Notes under the pieces: generated by a model | Told to the model about the DNA's origin: nothing | Database searches by the model: none | The model's input: only the letters and a program-made list of their open reading frames with translations | Origin: Myxococcota bacterium | GTDB lineage: Bacteria; Myxococcota_A; UBA9160; UBA6930 | Direction: 5' to 3' | Assembly (NCBI GenBank): GCA_965223705.1 | Contig: OZ245015.1 | Span: 320,001-384,000, forward strand | DNA: 64,000 bases | Translations under genes and position numbers: made by a program | Shown here: positions 55,274-64,000 of the stretch, in pieces | How the letters are laid out: each line of letters starts with the position of its first letter | How positions within the stretch are numbered: the first letter of the stretch is position 1

Positions 55274-56970
55274 CAGGGCTTCTTCAGGGCGAATACCCAG
55301 AGCACGCCGCCTTGCGGAACGTGGGTGTCCGGATCGAACATGCGATTCAGGATCTCCTGCTTGCGCTCCGCGTCGACTCCCCAGCCCGACTGGACGGCGA
55401 CGTATTGCACGCCGTCGATCGCGTAGCTGACGGGCACGCCGAGCACGCCCGAATTCGTGCGCTGTTGCCACAGGATCTTGCCCGTCTCGGCATCGAACGC
55501 CCGGAAGTATCGGTCGTTTGTGCCACCGGCGAAGACCACGTCGCCCGCCGTGACCAGGACGGGGCCCCAATTGTGGCGTGGAAAGGTCTGGGTCCACACT
55601 TCTTCGGCGCGGTCGACGTGCCACGCCTGGAGTTCGCCAATCGTTTTCGGTTCGCCTTCCGGAAAGTCGAGTTCGATCACCGAGATGTCGACTCCGATGT
55701 GAAACGGAGGTGTGTCCTCTTCCACCGGCTGACCTTTGAACACCGAGCAGTGATTGTCGTTCGCCGGGATATAGACCATGCGCGTGCGCGGGCTGTACGC
55801 CGCGGGCGGCCAATCCTTGCCACCCCAAGCCGAAGGGCAGAAAGTCACCGTCTTTCCGGTCGCAGGCTTTCGCTCGGGGTCGTAGGACGGCCGTCCCGTC
55901 TCGGGATCGAGCCCCGTGAAAACGTTCTGCCGGACGTAGGGTTTGGCGTCGACGAATCCGATCGGGCCGCCCCTTCGCTCGAGAAACCACAGGTAACCGT
56001 TTCGGCCCGGATGGATGAGGCCGCGTTTCTCGGCGTCGCCGCGACGGAACGGAGCCAAGATCGGCGCGGACACTTCGTCCCAATCCCAGGAGCCGTTCCA
56101 GTGGTACTGGTGGTGTCCGCGGATGGCGCCCGTCGCGACGTCGAGGGCCAAGACGGAATTCGCGTAGAGGTTGTCTCCAGGTCGCTGATCCCCGATCCAC
56201 GGCCCCGCGTTCCCCGTCCCCCAGTACGCGATCCGGGTCTCGATGTCGTAGGTGCCGGTCACCCATACGGGCACACCGCCGCGGGCGTGCTTGCCTTCGG
56301 GCCAGGAATCGCCCCCGGGCTCGCCGGGTAGGGGGATCGTGTGGGTCTTCCACGCGAGGTCTCCCGTCTCGGCGTCGAAAGCGGCCACGAACCCCCGCAC
56401 GCCGAGCTCGCCACCCGAAACACCGACCATCACCTTCTCTTCGGCGACCAGCGGCGCGAGGGTCATGTAGTAGCCCTCGCTGTAGTCCTCGACTTCGCGG
56501 TCGAAGAGCACCTCGCCGGTCTTCGCATCGAGTGCGACGAGACGCGCGTCGACCGTCGCCAAGTAGACACGGTCGCCGTAGAGGGCCACGCCTCGGTTCG
56601 TCGGATGGAGTTGAAACAAATCTTCCGGGATCTCGTGGCGGTAGCGCCAGCGCAGCTCGCCGCGCCGGGCGTCAAGCGCCAACACTTCATTCGCCGGCGT
56701 CGTGATGAACATGAAATCGCCGTTCACGAGGGGCGGGGCTTGGTGCGCTTCCCGCGAGCCGGTGGAGAAACTCCATACCGAAGCGAGTTGCGCGACGTTT
56801 ACGCGATCGATGCCGTCGAGTTCGCTGTAGCCCCAGCCTGCGTAGTTGCCACGGTACTGCAGCCAGTTCGACGGCTCGGGTGCCCGCAACCGCGCGTCCG
56901 TGACGGTGTCGTAGGCATTCGCCGAAAGTGGCAGTAGAAGGAGGAGGAAGTAAACGGGGATTGCGCGCAT
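55273..56970 (-). CDS. PQQ-dependent dehydrogenase, methanol/ethanol family
   Basis: Signal peptide; TNRGVAL, SGGELGVRG, WGTGN, RPGDNLY, WDWDE, CPSAWGGKDW. Confidence 0.9.
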   Translation of the reverse strand: MRAIPVYFLLLLLPLSANAYDTVTDARLRAPEPSNWLQYRGNYAGWGYSELDGIDRVNVAQLASVWSFSTGSREAHQAPPLVNGDFMFITTPANEVLALDARRGELRWRYRHEIPEDLFQLHPTNRGVALYGDRVYLATVDARLVALDAKTGEVLFDREVEDYSEGYYMTLAPLVAEEKVMVGVSGGELGVRGFVAAFDAETGDLAWKTHTIPLPGEPGGDSWPEGKHARGGVPVWVTGTYDIETRIAYWGTGNAGPWIGDQRPGDNLYANSVLALDVATGAIRGHHQYHWNGSWDWDEVSAPILAPFRRGDAEKRGLIHPGRNGYLWFLERRGGPIGFVDAKPYVRQNVFTGLDPETGRPSYDPERKPATGKTVTFCPSAWGGKDWPPAAYSPRTRMVYIPANDNHCSVFKGQPVEEDTPPFHIGVDISVIELDFPEGEPKTIGELQAWHVDRAEEVWTQTFPRHNWGPVLVTAGDVVFAGGTNDRYFRAFDAETGKILWQQRTNSGVLGVPVSYAIDGVQYVAVQSGWGVDAERKQEILNRMFDPDTHVPQGGVLWVFALKKP

Positions 56971-56980
56971 GTCGTCTCGC

Positions 56981-57553
56981 TCAAGTGGTCGTGAAACCGA
57001 CGCGACCGGAGAAGCCGCGACGTACAAACAGAGCTCCATCTCGAACTTCGAGAGGAAGCTGTGCGAGGCGGCGCGGCGCCGGCCCGCCCATCACGTCACC
57101 GCGGTTGCTCGGGTCGAAGGTCGAGCCGTGACACGGGCACACGAGATGTCCGGTCTCGTCGCGCCCGGCGATATCGCACCCGGTGTGTGTGCAGACCGAC
57201 GAGTAAGCGACGACGCCGTCCGCAGCGCCTTCCGCCGTGCGACTCGACAGCGTCGTCTCGTCGACCCGGACGAGAAGCACACGGTTTAGACGCGACCCGT
57301 CTCGTACGGTGCCCGTCTTGGGGTCTTTCGCGAAGGCCGCCAGCGTATCCCCCGCGACGTCTTTGGTGTGGATCGCTTCGCCCTCGCGCGGGCCTTCGGC
57401 GAAAACCAAGACATCCCCTTTTCGGGGGCGCATTTTCTCCGGGGGCTTCGCTTTCTTGTTCGCCTCGGGGAATCCGAGAGAGAGCGCACCGCTCGCCGCG
57501 AGAAGCAGCGAATCGCGACGGGACAGCGTGGGGGTGGTTCGTGATTTCGCCAT
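56981..57553 (-). CDS. Tat-exported Rieske 2Fe-2S protein
   Basis: SRRDSL twin-arginine; CTHTGC and CPCHGS. Confidence 0.9.
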   Translation of the reverse strand: MAKSRTTPTLSRRDSLLLAASGALSLGFPEANKKAKPPEKMRPRKGDVLVFAEGPREGEAIHTKDVAGDTLAAFAKDPKTGTVRDGSRLNRVLLVRVDETTLSSRTAEGAADGVVAYSSVCTHTGCDIAGRDETGHLVCPCHGSTFDPSNRGDVMGGPAPRRLAQLPLEVRDGALFVRRGFSGRVGFTTT

Positions 57554-57626
57554 GTCTGACAGACGAGACTAGCGCGCTGAAGTTTCATTCCCCTTGGCGG
57601 GATTTCTCGGTGCTACGCTCGCGGAC

Positions 57627-58124
57627 ATGGCATCCAACGATTTCTCGGCCCTCGTAGAACTCGCAGCGAAGATCGGGGAGCGCCTGGTCGCCCGCCGAGA
57701 AATGGTGGCGGTTGCAGAATCCTCGGCGGGCGGTTTGATCTCTTCCGCCCTGCTCGCCGTGCCCGGAGCCTCTCGCTACTTCCGCGGCGCGGGGGTGATC
57801 TACACCCACGAGGCGCGTCGGGGGCTGCTCGCGATCCCAGACGACAAGCTCGAAGGCGTCCGCCCGAGCAGCGAGCCGTACATCACGATTCTCGCCCAGG
57901 GAATCCACGCTCGTCTCGAAACGGCGTGGGTCCTCGCCGAATCCGGTGCGACGGGCCCCACCGGGAACCGCTACGGCGACGCTCCGGGCCACGCCTGCTA
58001 CGCCGTGATCGGCCCCGACACGTTGCGGACCCATACCCTGGAAACCGGCGACGACGATCGGGTGGCGAACATGTTCCGCTTTGCACAGGTCGGGCTCGAA
58101 CAGCTCGACGCGGCCGTTCCCTGA
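57627..58124 (+). CDS. CinA/PncC family protein
   Basis: AVAESSAGG, PGASRYF, SGATGPTG. Confidence 0.88.
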   Translation: MASNDFSALVELAAKIGERLVARREMVAVAESSAGGLISSALLAVPGASRYFRGAGVIYTHEARRGLLAIPDDKLEGVRPSSEPYITILAQGIHARLETAWVLAESGATGPTGNRYGDAPGHACYAVIGPDTLRTHTLETGDDDRVANMFRFAQVGLEQLDAAVP

Positions 58125-58134
58125 GCCACGCGCG

Positions 58135-58524
58135 ATGTCCGACGACCAGGAGATCCTCGCCGCCCACCGCGCGTTCTATGTCGCATTCGCCGCGGGAGAC
58201 GCGAACGCGATGGAGGCTTGTTGGGCTGCAGAGACGCCCATCCACACGGCCCATCCCTGGCGCCCGTCTCTCAACGGTCGCGCGGAAGTGCTCGCGAGCT
58301 GGCGCATGGTGCTCGAGCAACCGCCGCCGATCCGCTGCAGCGACGAGTCCCTGACTCGCGTCCAGGATGTGGCGGTTGTGACTTGTGTCGAGCACGTCGC
58401 CGGAGGGCGGCTCGCGGCGACGAATCTGCTCGTGCGCGAAGCGGCGGGCTGGAAAATGTTTCACCACCACGCCGGGCCCCTCGCTCCGGAGCCCGAAGCC
58501 CCGTCCCCGAGGCGCGTGCACTGA
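58135..58524 (+). CDS. SnoaL/NTF2-like protein
   Basis: FYVAFAAGD, ATNL, WKMFHHHA. Confidence 0.85.
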   Translation: MSDDQEILAAHRAFYVAFAAGDANAMEACWAAETPIHTAHPWRPSLNGRAEVLASWRMVLEQPPPIRCSDESLTRVQDVAVVTCVEHVAGGRLAATNLLVREAAGWKMFHHHAGPLAPEPEAPSPRRVH

Positions 58525-58585
58525 CGGTGGGAAAGAGCGCCGGTCCGTGTCACGATACAGCTCGGGGGGACGGAGGCCGCAACGC

Positions 58586-59377
58586 GTGATCCGACTCAAC
58601 TTCGTTCTGCATCGCAACAAGAATCTGTCGCGAGAGAAATTCCAACTCTACTGGCGTGAGACCCACGGACCGCTGGTCGCGAGCGTCCAGCGCGCACTCG
58701 GCATCCGCCGCTACGTGCAGAATCACACCGTCGACGACGCGATGAGCCAGGGCTTCCGGGAGCCGCGGGAGGGCATGCAGGAACCGCCGGACGGCATCGC
58801 GAGCTTGTGGTTCGACACACGCGAAGAACTCGCCGCCGCTTTCGAAAGCGCTGAAGGGCGCGAAGCGGGACAGCTCCTCCTCGAGGATGAGAAGAAGTTC
58901 ATCGATTTGGAACGATCTCCCATCTGGCTCGCCCAAGAGATCGCGCAGATCAATCCGATGCCCGAGAACAGCATCGTCGCGACTCCCGAGAGCACGTGGG
59001 TGAAGCTCTGCTACTTGCTGAACCCGCTTCCGGGTATGTCGGAAGAAGCCTGTCAGAAAACCTGGCGCATGGATCACGGCTACCTCATCCGCAAGCACAG
59101 CGGACCGACATGCTTCCAGCGCTACATCCAGAACCACACGCTCGACGATCCGCTGAACGCTCCGCTGCGCGCGTCGCGCAACGCTCCGGCGCCGTACACG
59201 GGCCTCACCGAAGCCTGGTTCGACCGTTACGATCTGGAAAAGATCTTGGCCTCTCCCGAGAGCGAGGGCGCCTTGGGCTTCGGCTATTTCCTCGAGGATG
59301 AGCGCCGCTTTATCGACTTCAACCAATCGTCGGTGTGGTCCGTCAAGGAACGGGTTTTCATCGATCAATACAACTAG
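58586..59377 (+). CDS. Tandem EthD-domain protein
   Basis: Two repeats of W...HG...RY.QNH...WFD...EDE..FID. Confidence 0.85.
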   Translation: MIRLNFVLHRNKNLSREKFQLYWRETHGPLVASVQRALGIRRYVQNHTVDDAMSQGFREPREGMQEPPDGIASLWFDTREELAAAFESAEGREAGQLLLEDEKKFIDLERSPIWLAQEIAQINPMPENSIVATPESTWVKLCYLLNPLPGMSEEACQKTWRMDHGYLIRKHSGPTCFQRYIQNHTLDDPLNAPLRASRNAPAPYTGLTEAWFDRYDLEKILASPESEGALGFGYFLEDERRFIDFNQSSVWSVKERVFIDQYN

Positions 59378-59427
59378 GCGAAAGCGCGTAGGCCGCGCGC
59401 TAAGATCCGGCTAGGAGGCTGTGAGCC

Positions 59428-59862
59428 ATGCTTGCCCATATTCCCCTAGAACCTCTGATCCTGATCGGCGGCATGATTGGACTCGCCACGTTCGGCCTCG
59501 GCGCGCTCGTGGGTTCGCGGCGGAGCGCCTTGCGTCGCCAGGTGGAAGAGCTCTCCGCCTCGCTCGAGCTCGTTCAAAAAGAACGGGAACTCGCACTATC
59601 GGAGCTCGCCGCCGCGAAGGAGCGGATCGCCGAACTCGCCCGGGAGAAAGAGGCCTACCGCGCGCAGGTCGCCGACCATTTCGTCGGTGCGTCGGACCGG
59701 TTGCGAGACCTGACGCATCAGTACCGAGCGCTCTATGAGCACCTGGCGACCGGTGCGAGCGCCCTCTGTCCGGAGAACTTCTCCGCCCTCGAGGGCGGGT
59801 TCGAGGACGGGTTGCGGCTCGAAACCGGGGACGGCACCGAGGATCCTCAGGCCGAAGGGTGA
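59428..59862 (+). CDS. DUF1043/YhcB(ZapG)-like membrane-anchored coiled-coil protein
   Basis: N-terminal TM; YRAQVADHF...YRALYEHLATGA. Confidence 0.75.
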   Translation: MLAHIPLEPLILIGGMIGLATFGLGALVGSRRSALRRQVEELSASLELVQKERELALSELAAAKERIAELAREKEAYRAQVADHFVGASDRLRDLTHQYRALYEHLATGASALCPENFSALEGGFEDGLRLETGDGTEDPQAEG

Positions 59863-60221
59863 GCGGAGACGCCCCGGCGACCGAGCCCCTCTGTCAGCTC
59901 GATGATTTGCCCGACCCCGGCGCGCGAGGTTTCACCGTCGAGATCGACGGAAGCCCGCGCCAGATCATCGTCGTGCGCGTCGCGGAGCACGTCTACGGCT
60001 ACCTGAACTGGTGTCCCCACCGTGGGACGCCCCTCGATTGGCTGAAAGACCAGTTTCTCGACCGCGAGGGCCAATACGTCATCTGCGCGACCCACGGCGC
60101 CTACTTCCAACGGGAAGACGGGTTGTGTGTGGCCGGCCCCTGTCAGGGGGATCGGCTGCGATCCTTCCCGGTCGCTGTGCGCGATCGCGGCGTTTTCGCG
60201 GAATCTTCCCTCAAGTCTTGA
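59859..60221 (+). CDS. Rieske ferredoxin
   Basis: NWCPH, CATHGAYF, GLCVAGPC. Confidence 0.88.
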   Translation: MSGDAPATEPLCQLDDLPDPGARGFTVEIDGSPRQIIVVRVAEHVYGYLNWCPHRGTPLDWLKDQFLDREGQYVICATHGAYFQREDGLCVAGPCQGDRLRSFPVAVRDRGVFAESSLKS

Positions 60222-60273
60222 CCCCTACGTCACGTTGTTATCGTCGGGTGAGCAACACCCGGGGAGGCCTTCC

Positions 60274-61683
60274 TTGCGCTTTCGCAAGACCAAACTGATC
60301 GCGACTATCGGACCCGCTTGCGACGAACCGAAGATCCTGCACGCCATGTTCGAAGCGGGCGCGAACGTCGTTCGCCTCAATCTGTCTCACGGGACGCCGG
60401 ACGATCAGGTTCGTCTCCTGACCCGTGTCCGGGAAGTCGCGTCGGCCGGCAACTTCAACATCGCGGTGATGGCCGATACGAAGGGCATCGAGATTCGAAC
60501 GGGGACGGTCGCCGGTGGTGCCGCGGTTCTCGAGCAGGGAGATCGCTTCACGCTGTTCGAGAAACAGACGGAAGGCGGCCCGAGCGGTGTCTCGGTGACC
60601 TACCCGGGGCTCGCTCAGCGTTTGTCACTCGGTGACGAAGTGCTCCTCGACGACGGGAAGATCGCGCTCCGCGTGGAGCGCTTGACCCCGGGCGAAGTCG
60701 ATTGCCGCGTCGAGTGCGGCGGAACCCTGCGCAACCGCAAAGGCGTGAGTTTCCCCGAGATCGACCTCATCCGGAGCGCGTTCGGGCCCGACGTCGAGCA
60801 CGATCTCGATTTTGCGATCGAGAACGGCGTCGAGTACATCGCCGCGTCGTTCGTACAATCTGCCGAAGACATCGAGAACATTCGCGCGTATCTGAAAGAG
60901 CGAGGCGCGGAGATTCCTATCATTGCGAAAATCGAGAACCGTCGCGCCGTCGACGGCCTGGCGGAGATCGTCGCCGTCGCCGACGGAGCGATGGTCGCGC
61001 GCGGCGATCTCGGTGTCGAGCTACCGGTGGAAGAAGTGCCGGAGCTCCAGAAGCGGATCATTCGCACGACGGTCTCGAACGGGAAACCGGTGATCACGGC
61101 GACACAGATGCTCGACTCGATGGAGCGGAACCCGCGACCGACGCGCGCCGAAGCGAGCGACGTGGCGAACGCCATCTTTGACGGGACGTCCGCGGTGATG
61201 CTTTCCGGGGAGACAGCGGCCGGGATCTACCCCGTCGAAGCGGTGACGACCATGGATGCGATCGCGCTCCGAGCCGAGCAGGCGATCGATGAGTTCGGAA
61301 CGCTGCAGAACATCCAGCCGAACCCGTCGAATCAAGTGACGGAAGCCGTGGCCCAAGCGGCTCGGACGATGAGCACACACTTGTCCGCCGCCGCCATCGT
61401 CGCGGTCACAGAAACCGGCTTTACGGCGCGCATGATTTCGAAGTATCGGCCGCGCTGCCCGATCGTCGCGGTCACCGCGTCAGAAAAAGTGATGCGGATG
61501 CTCGCTATGAACTGGGGCGTGATGGCGATCCAAGCCGACGGCGCGGACGACGAGCGCGTCGAGCTCGCCCTGGCGCGCGCTGCGGAAATGGGGATCGTGC
61601 AGTCGGGCGACATCGTCGTCGCCACCGGTGGTATCTCTCACCACTCCGGTGCGACGAACATGATTCGCGTCGTGACCTGTTAG
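60274..61683 (+). CDS. pyk: Pyruvate kinase
   Basis: GGGAGG then TTG; RKTKLIATIGP, RLNLSHG, IIAKIE, MVARGDLGVE, TATQMLDSM, MLSGETA. Confidence 0.95.
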   Translation: MRFRKTKLIATIGPACDEPKILHAMFEAGANVVRLNLSHGTPDDQVRLLTRVREVASAGNFNIAVMADTKGIEIRTGTVAGGAAVLEQGDRFTLFEKQTEGGPSGVSVTYPGLAQRLSLGDEVLLDDGKIALRVERLTPGEVDCRVECGGTLRNRKGVSFPEIDLIRSAFGPDVEHDLDFAIENGVEYIAASFVQSAEDIENIRAYLKERGAEIPIIAKIENRRAVDGLAEIVAVADGAMVARGDLGVELPVEEVPELQKRIIRTTVSNGKPVITATQMLDSMERNPRPTRAEASDVANAIFDGTSAVMLSGETAAGIYPVEAVTTMDAIALRAEQAIDEFGTLQNIQPNPSNQVTEAVAQAARTMSTHLSAAAIVAVTETGFTARMISKYRPRCPIVAVTASEKVMRMLAMNWGVMAIQADGADDERVELALARAAEMGIVQSGDIVVATGGISHHSGATNMIRVVTC

Positions 61684-61696
61684 AAGGCTTTCGCGC

Positions 61697-62497
61697 CTAG
61701 CGCTTCGTCGAAGGGAAATCCGGGTCCCGCTTTTCCTTGATGGCCTTCGCGCCTTCGACGACGTCGTCGTCGAAGAAGTTCAACATTTCAAAGGCCAGCG
61801 AAGACTCGAAGATCGGAATCGCTTGGCGGACCCAGTGGTTGAGCGATCGCTTCGTCCAACGGATCGCCATTTGGGGACCGCTCGCGAGCTTGTCCGCGAT
61901 CTCGAGGGCGGTCGGGAGAAGTTCGTCGGCGGGCACGGCCTTGCTGACCAGGCCGATCCGTTCCGCTTCCTTGCCGTCGATAAAGTCCGCGGTCATCAGG
62001 TAATACTTCGCCTTCGCCATACCGCAAAGGAGCGGCCATACGATTGCCGCGTGATCACCGGCCCCCACCCCCAGGCGGATGTGTCCGTCGGTGAACCGCG
62101 CGTCTTCGGCGATGACGCTGATGTCCGCCATCATCGCCACGGCGAGGCCCGCTCCGACGGCGACCCCATTGATGGCCGACACGATCGGTTTTTCGCAGTT
62201 CACGATGTTGTAGACGATGTCCGCCGCTTCTTTCATCACGGCGGCGATTTGCCCGAAGTCTTTCGTCTGCGCTTCGATCATATCGAGGTCGCCACCCGCT
62301 GAGAACGCGCGGCCGGCGCCGGTGATGACGGCGACGCGCGTCTCCGGATCGCGGTCGATGTCTTTCCAGACTTCGCCCAGCTGGCCGTGGAGAGCGGCGT
62401 CGGTCGCGTTGAGTTTTTCGGGACGATTGATCGTCACCAACAGCACGCCGGACGAGGGGCGCTCGAATTTCAGGTGGTTGTAGGCGGAGTAGTCCAT
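61697..62497 (-). CDS. Enoyl-CoA hydratase/isomerase family protein
   Basis: AFSAGGD, SAINGVAVGAG, DGHIRLGVGAGDH. Confidence 0.92.
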   Translation of the reverse strand: MDYSAYNHLKFERPSSGVLLVTINRPEKLNATDAALHGQLGEVWKDIDRDPETRVAVITGAGRAFSAGGDLDMIEAQTKDFGQIAAVMKEAADIVYNIVNCEKPIVSAINGVAVGAGLAVAMMADISVIAEDARFTDGHIRLGVGAGDHAAIVWPLLCGMAKAKYYLMTADFIDGKEAERIGLVSKAVPADELLPTALEIADKLASGPQMAIRWTKRSLNHWVRQAIPIFESSLAFEMLNFFDDDVVEGAKAIKEKRDPDFPSTKR

Positions 62498-62530
62498 GGG
62501 GGCTTTTCCTTCGGGAGATCGGTTTGTTGG

Positions 62531-63193
62531 CTACTGGGTTTCTTCGTCGGCGATCACGCGACGGAAGAGCGCCCGAACGGGAGCCGCAAGCTCACTCAAG
62601 GGGCGTCCGTCGGGAGATTCCATCCATTGCCCCGCAGTGTTGCTCACGGCCCCGAGGATGGCAGCGGCGGTGACATCCGGATCCAGACCGGCGAGACCGC
62701 CGTCCCGCTGGACGTCGCGGACGCGGTCCGCGACCCACGCGTTCCATTGCTGAAAGTCCGCGACGCTTTGTGCGCCGATACTTTGGCGGATCTTCCACGG
62801 CAGGCTGCGCGGGCCCCGTGCGTGAATCCACAACAGATTCGCGTCGTCCTCGAAGCAGGAGAAGAGCGAGTCGATGACGGTAAGAAGTCGCTCTCTCGAC
62901 CCCTCGCGCGCCGCAACCGCCTCTTGCACTGCTTCGCGAACCGCGACACCGGCCGCGAGTACCACTTCTTCGAAGAGCTCTTCCTTGCCCGAGAAGAGCG
63001 CGTAGAGCGAGGCGAGAGAGATCTCCGCCGCCGCTGCGATTTCCGCCATCTGGGCGCCGTCGAAGCCCTTCGCGGCGAAAATACTCGATGCCGCTGCCAC
63101 GGCGTCGAGACGTCGCATCGCGATTTCGCGGTCACGCCGTGCGGCGCGGCGTGAATGGGCAGGGTGCTTTTCCACTTCTTTTTGTGTGTTCAA
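62531..63193 (-). CDS. TetR/AcrR family regulator (start uncertain)
   Basis: FAAKGFDGAQMAEIAAAAEISLASLYALFSGKEEL. Confidence 0.88.
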   Translation of the reverse strand: MNTQKEVEKHPAHSRRAARRDREIAMRRLDAVAAASSIFAAKGFDGAQMAEIAAAAEISLASLYALFSGKEELFEEVVLAAGVAVREAVQEAVAAREGSRERLLTVIDSLFSCFEDDANLLWIHARGPRSLPWKIRQSIGAQSVADFQQWNAWVADRVRDVQRDGGLAGLDPDVTAAAILGAVSNTAGQWMESPDGRPLSELAAPVRALFRRVIADEETQ

Positions 63194-63328
63194 AACGACT
63201 CCCGAGGGCGAATTTCTGCAGTGAAAGCTCCTCGCGACGTCCTTGTCTACGGAGAGAATTCTCATTCTGCCAGATTCCTCCTACTGTCTCGAGAAAGAAA
63301 GCTCCGGTAGCCAGGAAGGGAGTTCCCC

Positions 63329-63709
63329 ATGATGGACCGGCCGACTGCGCCGGAATTGCTCGAGACCATCGCGAGCGTTCTCGAGAACGAGGTGCTGCCC
63401 GAACTCGAGGGTGCCGCGGGGCACAAAGTCCGGGTCGCGGCGAATCTATGTCGGATTCTCGAGCGCGAGTTTCAGCTCGGACAGGGCGCCGCCGCACGCG
63501 AGATCGCACGGCTTCGCGCGCTTCTGGGTGAGGCGGAAGAGGGCTCCGCTCTCGCTCTCAACGATGCACTCCGCAAGCGACTCGAGCAGTCCGACGATCC
63601 GGAGTTCGAAGCGCGCGTACTCGGTGTGTTGCTCGAAATCGGACGCGACAAACTCGCGATCGCAAAACCCGGTCACGACGACTACGACTTCTCGGATGAA
63701 TGGGCGTGA
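63329..63709 (+). CDS. DUF6285-like protein
   Basis: DRPTAPELL, RVAANLCRILERE, KLAIAKPG. Confidence 0.75.
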   Translation: MMDRPTAPELLETIASVLENEVLPELEGAAGHKVRVAANLCRILEREFQLGQGAAAREIARLRALLGEAEEGSALALNDALRKRLEQSDDPEFEARVLGVLLEIGRDKLAIAKPGHDDYDFSDEWA

Positions 63710-64000
63710 CCGATCTGGCCCCGGGATTGGCGGCTCTCTTGCGTGAGGCGTGGTCTGCGGACGTCCGGGTCGAGGCGATGGAGGTCGCCTCGGCGGGCGC
63801 GCGGCGCACCAACCTGCTTTTTGACGCCGTCGCCGTCGCCGGCGATCGGCGCGAAGCCCTGGTCGCCACCATCATGCCGACACCGGAGATCGCGCACAGC
63901 ACGATGTCTGTCGAAGCTTCTTTGCTGCGGACCGCCGAAGCCGCCGCGGTACCGGCGCCGCGCCTCGTTCTGGTCAGCGAGGACCCAAAGTACGTAGGCG
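63706..64000 (+). CDS. Phosphotransferase (APH-like) family protein, N-terminal part
   Basis: GTGA overlap; SAGARRTNLLFD...EASLLRTAEAAAVPAPRL; usual neighbour of DUF6285 genes. Confidence 0.7.
   Translation, partial: MTDLAPGLAALLREAWSADVRVEAMEVASAGARRTNLLFDAVAVAGDRREALVATIMPTPEIAHSTMSVEASLLRTAEAAAVPAPRLVLVSEDPKYVG

Noticed and set aside
52685..56353. 1222-aa giant ORF
   Set aside because: The first 360 or so codons are an alternative frame of the PQQ dehydrogenase; the real start is ATG 55273.
1..64000. CRISPR arrays, tRNA/rRNA, IS elements, prophage
   Set aside because: No spaced repeat arrays, RNA gene signatures, transposase, integrase or phage genes seen by eye; a covariance-model search was not possible.

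Overview
GC-rich, gene-dense bacterial chromosomal segment with about 63 CDS. No rRNA, tRNA, CRISPR array or mobile element was recognised. Gene content resembles Myxococcota/Binatia-type genomes (inference only). Main blocks: (1) a UGSC-family selenoprotein split by an in-frame TGA, plus its partner gene and uup; (2) an ECF sigma / ChrR-cupin anti-sigma locus with DUF4331, TPR and cupredoxin-like genes, where three promoters share GAAC-N17-CGTA; (3) assorted catabolic genes; (4) an ArsR-linked sulfur operon: SQR, two YeeE/YedE proteins, persulfide dioxygenase, 4Fe-4S/NrfD fusion, a Tat-less molybdoenzyme, a TorD-like chaperone and a SulP-STAS-rhodanese fusion; (5) gapdh-arsJ behind a Pho-box-like repeat; (6) a PQQ region with an uncalled 40-aa PqqA-like precursor, a solute-binding protein, a beta-propeller and two PQQ dehydrogenase homologues (one with degenerate catalytic residues, one with a lanthanide-type DxD motif next to a Tat-Rieske protein); (7) a DUF6502/DUF5666 locus preceded by twin 17-bp palindromes. 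Family assignments come from recognising motifs by eye, not from database searches.
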